DNA of 64,000 nucleotides from Paraspadella gotoi (lineage: Eukaryota; Animalia; Chaetognatha). The DNA is taken from assembly GCA_051294375.1 (NCBI GenBank), contig JBJCIZ010000239.1:3824402-3888401 (forward strand), written 5' to 3'. The position numbers and the translations under genes are program-made. Shown one piece after another: positions 1 to 11,267 of the stretch; the stretch's first letter is position 1; each line of letters begins with the position of its first letter. The notes below the pieces were generated by a model, which was not told where the DNA came from, did no database searches, and was given only the letters and a program-made list of their open reading frames with translations.

Positions 1-2727
1 GTTTGTTTAAACCTTAAAAATTCTCGTTTGTCTTTTCAAAGTTTTATTTAATCGACATTTTGCATTAAAAATCGAGCCGATGACTTCTTCGGACGGCGCA
101 CGCTGGAGACTGCCGTAATGCCCTAAAGTATGCCCTTCAGAAAGCCTCACAGTATGCTTTTAAAGACGTGCGTATGAAGACTATGTTCTTCGCCAAGCGA
201 CTGAAACGTGCCGCAATGTATGCTCGTCGTAAACCGAGCCGCAAATTCCGCTTCTCACCTTTAGTGACGTCAAATATAAAAAAAAAACCCTTTGCAAACG
301 AAAAAAAAAGTTAGTGTTAAAAAGCGAAAACATTTCGGCACTATTTTCCATTCCATGCCCCATTTCGTTTTTAGTCTTTAAAGCGAAAACTTTTTGGCTA
401 TACAATTATAAAAAGGGCCCTATTTTATTTATAATTTCTGAACTTAATTTTAACCTTAATATCTAACCATTATCTTTTACCTAATCTTTCACTTAATCCA
501 ATCTTTCGCTAACCTTAACCTGATCGCTGATCCTAATCCCTAACCCTAATCTTTAACCTTATTGCCTTCAACATAAACCCTGATTCTTAACCTAATCCCT
601 GACCGAATCTTGAACTTTATTTTTATAACCTTAACTAACTCTGAATTTACGCCAAAATGAGGCGCTTTTGGAAAATATGGCAAACTTGTCTTCTCTTATG
701 TTTCACTCGAGATTTTTTTTTACTCACGACTCAAAAAAGTAAGAAAAATCAAANNNNNNNNNNCACTCTCGTTCGCGTCGTGAGTTACGTTCACAAAAAA
801 AAAATATTACATTTGTGTTTTCGTTAAAAAAAACATAGTCGTTATTTTACCGACGTCTTCAAACTTTTTTGTTTCATCCAGCTTCTTTTTACTTAAACTT
901 AAACTTTGTTATTGTTCATATATAAAAGAAATATTTTATTTTTCCTCCTACTCGATCTCTCGTTGTATATATTGACTTTAAATCCTAACCCCGGGGTCCC
1001 GGGTTCGATCCTATCCGCAAGGAGCCGGGTTTCTCAAGGCCTTCGTGGGAAGAGGAGGCGAAGAGTCGATAACATTTCTGAATTCGAATGAAAGAGAAAT
1101 GTGGAAATTCGATTGAGCGAATAATTGGGACGGGGAGTTGGCTGGAGTGATCTCTTTACAATTTCTGAAGATAACTGGAAATGATTTTGTAACAAGTATG
1201 GCGATGTGATGCACGCTGGGATGGGGCATCTCAGTGTTGGCTTCAGGGTTACCGACCCGCAATGACGCCTCCAGTCAATGGCGCGGTTTATTCGCTCCTG
1301 GTTTCCCTATCATTGAAGTAGTATAATATTTCAAAGAATGTTTCAATTGTACGAAAAGATCCTTAAGTATTAAATCAGAAAATACTATATTATACTCCGC
1401 ACAAGCATAAAAAACAATATATATTTCTCTTTTCTCAATTTCCTTTTCTCTTCTCTTTGTCTTCTTTTCATCTTTTCACTTTTTTCAGTTTTTTTATCGC
1501 TTTGTCACGTTTTTCCTTTCCTTTTTTTCCCCTTTTCTTCTTCTTTTTTATCTTCCCTTTGTTCTCTTTGTCAAGCATCTTTCTCATGATGTATCAACCG
1601 TCATTGACCTTCGCCAAGTGCTCGGCCCAAGAGCGTCTCCCAAACTGATTGATATTAATCGAATTATGATGAGCAGAGGTGAACNNNNNNNNNNNNNNNN
1701 NNNNNNNNNTAAATATTGCGTTCATAGTTTTGGGCGAATGACGGAAGTAAAGTTAAATGAACTAATAAAGTTTCAATAATGAAAATAAGAATACACCAGC
1801 CCCCCCAAAAAAATCATTTTTCCTACGCTCAGTTAACAATTTCATTTTTTTTCTTTTTTTTGTGAACGAAGTAGAGCGTTGAGCAAGTGTGCGCTCTGTT
1901 TGATTTTTCTTACTTTTTGTGGTCGTGAGTAAAAAAAAATTCGAGTAAACATAAGAGAAGACAAGTTTGCCATATTTTCCAAAAGCGCCTCATTTTGGCG
2001 TAAATTCAGAGTTAGTTAGGTTATAAAATAAAGTTCAAGATTCGGTCAGGGATTAGGTTAAGAATTAGGGTTTATATTGAAGGCAATAAGGTTAAAGATT
2101 AGGGTTAGAGAGATTAAAGAATCAGCGATCAGGTTAAGGTTAGCGAAAGATTGGATTTAAGTGAAAGATTAGGTAAAAGATATGGTTAGATATTAGGTTA
2201 AAAATTAAGTTCAGATTAAAATAAAATAGGGCTTTTTATAATTGTATCTAAATAAAAAATCGTTGTGTACAAACCTCTAAACTTTGGTTTTTCGCTAAAC
2301 ACAAAAACACACGAACGAAAGGATTAAACACACATAATCTGTATTGCCAAAAATTATCGTTTTAAAGCTAAAAAATAAATATGTTAACATGGAATGGAAT
2401 AGTGCCGAATGAGTTTCGCTTTTTAAACTAACTTTTTTTTTCGTTGCAAAGGGTTTTTTTTTATTGACGTGCGACTTAAGGTAGAAGCGGAATTTGGGCT
2501 CGGTTTAGTCGAGGCATAACATTGAGGCATCGGTGTCGTCGACTTAGCGGAAGAACATAGCCTTCATAGCACGTCTTTAAAAAGCATACCTGTGAGGCTT
2601 TCTGAGGGCATACTTACGGCAGTCTCCAGCGTGCGCCCCGAAAAGTACGCTCGATTTTTAATGCAAAGTCGATTAAATAAAACTTTGAAAAGAAAACTCG
2701 ATGTTAATTTTTTAAGGTTTAAACAAC
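1..2727. repeat. Inverted duplication: about 1-800 is the reverse complement of about 1855-2727, with N gaps at 754-763 and 1685-1709
   Basis: 1 gtttgtttaaaccttaaaaa...cgctggagactgccgtaa matches 2612-2727 ttacggcagtctccagcg...tttaaggtttaaacaac in reverse; frequent small indels; the second copy has an extra ~95 bp at about 2248-2340. Confidence 0.9.
76..263 (+). CDS. Possible terminal coding exon of an unidentified gene (mirror copy on - at about 2476-2652)
   Basis: GC-rich block in AT-rich DNA. A by-eye consensus of the two error-containing copies reads about ADDFFGRRTLETAVSMPFRKPHSMLFKDVRMKAMFFRQVDDTVPQCMLDVNRAANSASHL*. No family recognised. Confidence 0.3.
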
Positions 2728-4344
2728 AGAAAATAACAAAATTTCCTAAGTGAATATTATCCTTAAAAGCAATGTTAATTTCGTAAATTTGTTATTTCAT
2801 AAACTATGTGAAGAGTCCAAGAAAAAGTTAAAATAACAAGTCAAGTACGAAAGACGAATTTTCGTACTGAGGAACGGCAGCAGTACTCTTCATTTTTCCA
2901 GAAATTTCTTTTTGATTATAAGAACCTCTTTTGGTTTAAATCGTTAGTTGGACGCGTCAATCTGAGAATCCGCAGCCTGAAGAAAAACAGCGAAAATTAA
3001 TCAAGATATTCGTCTTCAGTTTACAACAGAGAACGCAGTTTTTTGTTTTTTATTATAGCTCCACCGGCTCGTAGGAGAATTCTTGTACAATACAATATCT
3101 TTCTTATTAATTGTAAAGGGAATTGTTGTTGAAGAGCCGAGTTTCAGAATGAAAAGTTATTTTGGAGAAAGTGAGGATTATTTGTAATATATATAGTTAG
3201 TATAGAAATTATAAAAAGGAGAATACCGATTGTGCAGGAGTATGATTGTTTTTGATAAATTTAGTGATAGATAGTTAAAGTAAACACTGCTGTATTAAGA
3301 TAGATTATTTGGAAAAAATAAGTTATTTAAAAAAAAAAACACAGATGAAACCGATAGATTTTTAATTGGGTAGTGGTACTGAGAGAGATATTTGATAATT
3401 TAAAAAATGAAAGATAAGAGACACGATATTTTAAAATATTGTAAAGATAAATTAGCATATGTTAATAATGATAAATATGATAAAATTTAAAAAAGAGAGA
3501 ACGCGATTTATATTTAAGTAAAGGTAAGAATCTTACGAAAAAATTGATAAGTTTAATTATTTGTGTGAGAAAATGATATTATAAAGTAGAGAAAACACCG
3601 AGTATTGAATGAGTAGTGGATTTGTGAAATGAGATAATTATAAAAAAGAAGATGATATTTAAAAGTAAAAACATGGAATGAACGTATTTGGAGAAAAATG
3701 ATATTAAAAAAAGATGATATATTAAAAAGGACAAACAGATTTAAGGAACAGTTGATATGAAATATAATAATAAAAAAGTGATGAAGTTAAAAGTAAAAAC
3801 AATATACACTGATGATAGATGTTTTATTGTGAAGAATGATATTTAAAAAGGAAACCATTTAGGAGTTACTGATATTTAAAAATGATGATATTTAAAAGTA
3901 AAATGATATTTAAAAAAATGCAATATTTAATAAGAAACGGCGATTATTAGTTGATGGATAATTTAAAAACAAATGATGATATTTAAAAAGTAAACACGGA
4001 ATGATAGCTTATTTTTTTGTCTCCTTCACTCAAAGTTAACTTTATATTATTCCGTCGTGGTTAACTAACCGTAGCTTAGCCGAACAAATTATCCCCAGAC
4101 AAGAATGGTGACGATGAAAATACCTTTAAAAGTTTAGAAATAGAGTTCGAAACAATTTAGAAAAAAAAAAGAGCATTCACAGTCGTTTTTAGAAAACAAG
4201 AACGGTAATTCCAATGTGTTGCGCCGCAGTGACAGCCTTATCTCGTGTATTTCTCGTGACATGACATGACGTGCCATGATATGACATGATATGACTACAA
4301 TAACTTTCTTAGCCCGTATATTTATGACACGCACTGCATCGGAA

Positions 4345-4379
<35 letters not shown>

Positions 4380-4416
4380 CTCCCATAATTTGGTATAAAA
4401 TTTTCCCAATTTATCA

Positions 4417-4462
4417 AAAGCGCTGATGAAGACTCGAAACAGAGTCGAAACATGTCTGTTTT
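4417..4462 (+). ncRNA. Minimal type I hammerhead ribozyme (Penelope-like element type)
   Basis: aaagcg-CTGATGA-a-gactc-gaaaca-gagtc-GAAA-catg-TC-tgtttt: complete catalytic core, 5-bp stem II, palindromic ACATGT in place of stem III, stem I aaagcg/tgtttt with G-U pairs. Predicted cleavage after GUC at 4456; AATAAA follows. Confidence 0.85.
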
Positions 4463-4509
4463 ATAATAAATAAAATCGTTGTTTGCCCAAAAACAAATCT
4501 CTTTTCTTG

Positions 4510-4760
4510 TCTTTTATTCTTTATAGTTTTAGGATTTCCTGAAGGCGGCGCTAGCAGTCCCTTAGAATTGAGGTTTTTTCATTTCCTAACAAATGATTAA
4601 CTAACTATATGCCAGTTATGAGCATTTTTAACATAAGTGGGACAGACCGACGGACCGAGAGACAGACAGACCGACGGACCGACATACAGACAGACCGACG
4701 GACCGAGAGACAGACAGACCGATCGAAAAGTGAGTACTCGCGGCGCAACTTAAAAAAAAT
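4510..4760 (+). mobile_element. Helentron-associated (HINE/DINE-1-like) non-autonomous element with GACA/GACC microsatellite core; related copies at 46010-46270 (-) and about 59450-59760 (+)
   Basis: Shared blocks cctgaaggcggcgctagcagtcccttagaattgagg, gcatttttaacataagtgggacagaccga, the (GACAGACCGACG) repeats and the 3' gagtactcgcggcgcaactaaaaa end recur in three copies; the architecture resembles DINE-1/HINE elements. Confidence 0.6.
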
Positions 4761-5289
4761 CATTTTTAATCGTTTTCCTGGAGACTCGTGACACAAGAGT
4801 AAATGCGTGACCCGTGAGAGAAGAAAAAATATTTAGTTTTATAAGCATTAAATAAATTTAATTACTAAAGAATAGGATCCTAGAATTCGGTGGATGGAAC
4901 AAAAGAATAAACTTGAAAAATCTCACGGAGGTCAAATTCTTCATACTTTATATCAATTAGGCACGAATTTTCCAACTGACTGAAAAATATAATGAAATAA
5001 TGAAAACGTCATTTTTTATAATTTTGGGGTGAAATAATTTACGACTTTCCCGTTTTAATTTTAATTCCTGCCGACGAAATAGAGAGAGCGAGATGAAAGA
5101 CGAAAGAGAGAGAGAGAAGAAAGAGAGAGAGAAGAAGAAGCGAAAAAAACTTTGTTCAAAAAAATCGCTGAAAACAAAAAATAAGGAGAAAGTCATTTCC
5201 CTGTTTTTCTTTCCCCGCTTAAAGTCCTACTTTCTACTTTTTTCTATTCTTTTATCTATTTTGGAGAGAGAGAAGAGCAGAGAGACGAT

Positions 5290-5323
<34 letters not shown>

Positions 5324-6064
5324 TGAGAGAGAGAGAGAGATGAGATAGAGAGAGAGCTCTCGAACTTCAGCTCAAGTTTCAATCGATGCAAATTTTTCTC
5401 TTTTAAGAATGAAAAATACAAAAAAAAAAGTTTTCCCCAGTTTAAACGCGAGGGGAAAAAAACATTAAACGTTAGATTTTACTTAATCAATTTTAAACCA
5501 TCGTTCGCTCGTCTCATTTGTGTTAATTTTTTTTTTTAATTTTCAGTTTTCAAACAATTTTTCTTCTGTAACCACGAAGAGAATTCAGAGGAAAACAAAA
5601 TTTAAAACGATGATACAGAAGAAAAAGCGTTTGCGTTAGAAATACGCGCGGCGATGACGAAACAGTGAGACGAAAACCTGAACAAAAAAAAAAAAAAAAA
5701 AAAAAAAACCGTGATAACATCGGCGAAGAACCGTGACCAACTGGGAAAAAATTACTTAGCCGGAAGTTAGTAGAATCTCACACACGAGTTAAAAATTCTG
5801 ACCGCGTGTTATGGATTAAAAATACGGAATTTGTCAAAAAAAAAAAATCAAATAAAATCGTGAAATAAAAAAACCCGGACGTTCCGACGCGCTTCTTCAC
5901 GGGACAAACAAAAGAACACTTTCCTTCGATGCCCAAAATCCACGCCCTCTCATTTTATTCCTTGAGACGGAAAATAAAAAAGTCACTTCTCCAACCCCTG
6001 AAACCCCCCCTCTCTCTCTCACTCAACCTCCGCGCCCTACCTCACTCCCCAAAACCATCCTCCA

Positions 6065-8441
6065 ATGGGCAACTCGTTCGACCCGTTCGTGCGTGGCGCC
6101 TCTCCACGCCCACATCCGTCCTCGACGTTCTCCCCAGCTCCGCGCTGCACGTCGTCATGCTCGGACTAGACTCGGCGGGGAAGACGACAGTCTTCTATCG
6201 CTCAAGTTGGATCAGTACGTCAACACACGTCCGACGATAGGGTTCAACTGCGAGAGAGTGAAAGGTGAAAATTGGGCTACTGTCCCAGAGCGCCCCGTTT
6301 CTGCTAGTTATAACCCAATATGTTTTTAAAATTATAACTAATCGTAACCCTAATCCCTACCTTAATCTGAACCCTAACCTTAAACCAGGTTTTTGCCAAT
6401 TTTAGATAAAAAAAAAAGGCATTCTGGGAAAATAAGGCCAAGAGTGGGTGCGGCTGCTGGGTGTATATAGTAAAGAGTATAGTATGTATGTATAGTATAG
6501 TATATTAATGTTTAATTGAAAACAGGGATTTTCGGAAGTGAGGTCTTTAATAACGGGCGATTCTCTTATCTCGACGCAACAGTCGCTCTCGGGCGTTGAA
6601 CTCGAAAGTCAAGAAAAACCTGAACACGATGATAAATTCTGACAATTAATGTAAATTATTCATTCTATTCGATAAGCTATCTTCCCTATTTAATTTGTAT
6701 CAGGCCATCACTCTTATCACAGAACTTTCAACCAGATTTAATCACATTTGGCTTGGCTTCCCTATCAATGAAAGTGATAAGATATTTTTTAAACGCAAAT
6801 TTCCAACCAATATAAAAATTATCCATTCATTTAATGAATGAGCTATCTTGGAACTGACTTTGGACAGGCTTTGGTGCTTTAAGGCCTCTACGGCAACAGC
6901 CGGGTTGCCGGTGATGCCCATTGGGATGGGGCATCTCATTGTTGGCTTTGGGGGCTTCCGACCCTCAGTGACGCCTGGGATGGTGTGTTCTCCCTCTGAG
7001 CCAATGGATTTGGCTAAACGATGGTGGACGTGAGGTGGTGTGAATATACCGCCACACCTCCATCACTCTTACAAGATAATTAGAGAGCAAGATTTCACTC
7101 AAGACTATCTGTTCACTCAATAACTTAATCACTGGATTATTTACATTCCTATTTCCATTGTCAACTAAGTTTTCGTTTTAATTTCAAAATTCCTTTTTTT
7201 TTCATTAATTCATTTTAATTTCGAAACTAAACCTTAGGTCGTTGCTCTTTGTTTTTTCGAAATCGAGAAAACCGGATCTCAGGTCGATTGAAGGGCGTGA
7301 GAAATCAAGAGTAGATATTTTTTGTCTCAGTTGACGAAAACTTTCCTATAATCTTTGCCTTTGCTTAGTTAATAATCGTATTATTATCATTAGCGGAACG
7401 CTTCGCAATAAAATAATTGAACAATTGAATCAATTGATCATGACATTGGAACAAAACTCTATAAAAATTATTCATTCATTTGATAAATAAGCTATCTTGC
7501 CCCTGACTTTGGACAGGCTTTGGAGGTTTAATGCCTGCAGTTTCGGATCTGATAATCACACCATGCAGGAAGCGGGACATAATCGGGCTTGAAGCCCCGA
7601 CCTAAGTCATCACTCTGAAAGATTTATCATTAAGGAGTTTCAAACCTAAAACATAACGACCCCGCTAAAAATAACCCTAAAAGTAAGTTTCACCCACCAC
7701 AGACTCGTTTTCTTAACTTCTTAAAAAAAAAATATCGCCGTCTCTTGGCAGAGAGAAGGAAACCTGACACTCCCCGAGAATAAACTTTCCCGAGAATAAC
7801 CTTTCTTTGGGAATGATTAACCAGAAATGTAAACAATGAATCAAAATATCGAATCAATAGAGACGGAAGCGTGCTCCTTCACCCACTTAGACTTTTCTTC
7901 TTTAAAACCTGGACGAGTTTGTGATCCAGCCCTTTTGTCATGCGCGCCGGAACTTGGAGGCATTTTTTTTTAGAAGGATTTATCGTTTTTGATATCTGTT
8001 TTTAATACCAAAAAACATTGTGGATCATGTTTTATTTATTATTTTTCAAAATTATACATTATCAGTTGGTATGTTGTGATAGAATACGAAGCTCAAAAAA
8101 AATCTTAACAAAATAAACCAAGTTCTTCAGAAGACAAGTTAATCTTTAACACTTAGTACGTTATTAATAACAAAACGAGTTTTTTTTTTTAAATATGCAA
8201 ATAAGACGAAAGACATCCGTGCTCCCCCTCCCTTCCTCCATAAATTTTCAACACCGGAGAAGACGGATCATCCTTCTCTTCCTCCTCCCTATATTTAACC
8301 CAGAACAAGAGGATCGTCCACTAGCTCTCGATCGAGGAGTCACCCTGATTTTTCGTTTTCGATGAATACTGAATGATTATACGACAGAAAAAAAAAAATC
8401 GACGACAGACGAAACAAAAACATAAAAAATAAAACAGAGTT

Positions 8442-8477
<36 letters not shown>

Positions 8478-11230
8478 AGACGCCGAAGAAAGGCAATAAA
8501 AAATAAGGTCAGACGTGACGAGCTCAGGGGCCCCATAATTTTAAACGAAACGGTTCCCATCGCAAAAACCTTTCCGGCGTCCTATTTTCGAAAAACGCCC
8601 TTTTCAGCATTAATGAAGAATTAGAAAGCTTAAAGATTGGATAAGGGTTGTGGTTTGGGATTAGGTTAAATAATTAGGTACAGGATTTGATTTACAGATT
8701 ATGCGGTCCGAGATAGGGTTGAAGAGACAGTAATTATTGTTTATATGTTGATGACAGAAACCGTTCAATATAAGCAGTCCCTGAGCTTTCGGATCAGGCT
8801 GTTAACACCGTGTTACAGGCGGAGTCTAAGCGCCCCGTCCCTCTTAACTGCCAGACGACCACCGCGGCTAGAACCCGGACCTTTGGCGTTGGAGGCGAAT
8901 GACTTGCCTCCGGCACAATGGCCGCTGAATGAACGGGTTGGTGGCGATTTTAGGTCCACCATAGGGTGTATAGTTTAAACAATTAGGTTAAGAGATTAGC
9001 ATTAAAATAAGGGTAAGAGATTAGATTAGAATGACTTTAGTATCATTCCCTACGCCAACTTCCCTACCCCAATACTTACCCAACCCCTCTTTCTCCTTAG
9101 CCTCCAGCGGTGGCGCCCGCGGCGTTTCCTTCGTCGTCTGGGATGTCGGCGGTCAGGACAAACTCCGTCCACTCTGGCGTTCGTACACGAGGCGTACGGA
9201 CGCCATCGTATTCGTCGTGGATTCAGTCGATGCGGACAGAATGGAGGAGGCGAGGTGAGAGAAAGGGGGGTTGCAGGATGGAGGGTAAGGTTGAGGCACT
9301 CTTTTCTGAAAGTATTCTCTTATAGAATATAGACTAATCCCTGACCCTAATCCCAAACCTTAATCTCTAACCCAAACCTAATCCTGAACCCTAACCCTAA
9401 ACCCTTGCCCCTGATTTTTAACTCTATCCTCTAACCCTAAATGTTAATCCCTAACCTTTAATTATTAATCTAATCCTTCACCTAATCCCAAACTCTAACC
9501 TTTAACCTAATCTTTAACTAAAAAATTAATCTAATTTCAGATAAAATGGGGAAAGGAGAAAAAAAAGGCCAAGATGTGGCAAAATTGGGGGTGAATAAGT
9601 ATTGTTAGGGGGGTTTTTTGGGGTAAGTTTCAAGAGGTTAAAAAACGGTTAAAATGTTACCTTTATATTTCCTAATTAATGCTCTCTTTCGTGTTTTTAT
9701 CAAATTATTCATTTTTACATATAACAAAGTTATTTTGTAATTGAATAACCCATATAAAAATTATCCATTCACTCAATAAATAAGCTCACTTACACCCTGA
9801 TCTTGAACAGTTTAAGGTTTCCATCCCTCTTACATAGCAGTGTCACAGTTTATTTGACCGTATTAACCTCTCTAAGTGTATTATATAATGACGACAATAT
9901 CAACATAATAGCTCGAGAGAGGGTAAACATAAAGAGCCGGACAAAAAAAAAATCAATTTTTCATAATAATCAATAGTTAATTCAATTCAGTCATCACTTA
10001 CGCTCTCTTTCTCTTTTTTTTTTTTTTTGAAGGACTGAATTATTTAAAACAATAAAAATGCCGGAGAATGGAGGCGTCCCCGTTTTGCTGCTGGCCAACA
10101 AACAGGTAAAGGAAAAAACCCTTTTTAATTTTTTTTTTTTTTTAAATTACTGACATATTGTAAAAGACCCCTCGCTCGAAAAAAAAAAAAAAAGTCAAAT
10201 TTTCAAACTTTTCTCGTCGGATCGAACAAAGTAATTGAATCCACGTCGTTCGCCCCTACTGTGAACGCGCTGCTAGCGATCCGACCTCGATGGTGACGTC
10301 ATTGATAATTGACTTTTCATGGGATGATATCNNNNNNNNNNNNNNNNNNNNNNNNNNNNNNNNNNNNNNNNNNNNNNNNNNNNNNNNNNNNNNNNNNNNN
10401 NNNNNNNNNNNNNNNNNNNNNNNNNNNNNNNNNNNNNNNNNNNNNNNNNNNNNNNNNNNNNNNNNNNNNNNNNNNNNNNNNNNNNNNNNACGTCATTGGT
10501 TTAATCTTTAATTGTACTCAAGGACATTTAGAGAAAAAAAGAATATTGTCTTTAAAATTAACATTCAAAGCTTTATGAAATTGGTACAACCAATATAAAA
10601 ATTATCCATTCATTTAATAAATAAGCTATCTTACCCCTGACTTTGGACAGGCTTTGGTGGTTTAAGGCCTTCATCACTCTTACAAGATAATGACATAGCA
10701 GGTCCCTGCAAGCTTTCAATCAAGACTCTCTCACAGTCTCGTTTATTCACTCCCAGAGTACCTGGCTTCCGTATCAATGAAGTGGTATAATATTTCAAAG
10801 AAATATATAATATATTATATAATATATAATAATATATAATATATATAATTTATATATATATATAATATGAAGATTATCTTATTTTACGGTGTTACTCTAT
10901 AATTTAGTTTTCTTCAAATTCGAGCTGTTTAAACACAGTCCGGGGTATTTAATTCGGAATTTCCTTCCACTCCCTAATCGGACCTCCTACCACGCCCTCT
11001 TCCACCTCTCACCACGCCCTCTTCCACCTCCAACCACGCCCTCCTCCACCTCCCACCACGGTTTCTTCGACCTCCCACCTCGCCCTCTTCAACACCCCGC
11101 CCGCCAGGACCTTCCGGGCGCCTTGGAGATCGAGGAGTTGGAAGAGCGACTTTCCATGAAAGAGTTGACGCCTCTTGGTCATCTCTGGGACGTCGCTTCC
11201 TGCTGCGCAATCACTGGTGGGTGTGTGTGT

Positions 11231-11267
<37 letters not shown>

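Noticed and set aside
120-230. ALQKASQYAFKDVR resembles ribosomal protein bL20
   Set aside because: This frame depends on indels present in only one of the two copies; the consensus gives a different peptide and no other L20 motifs were found.
9330-9530. True telomere or chromosome fusion site
   Set aside because: The repeats are short, degenerate, intronic, in both orientations and bounded by TIR-like ends.
10660-10700. C/D-box snoRNA (GTGATGA on the - strand) in the TGAAATTGG repeat
   Set aside because: Other copies read GTGATGG, there is no paired D box or terminal stem, and the element is a polymorphic dispersed repeat.
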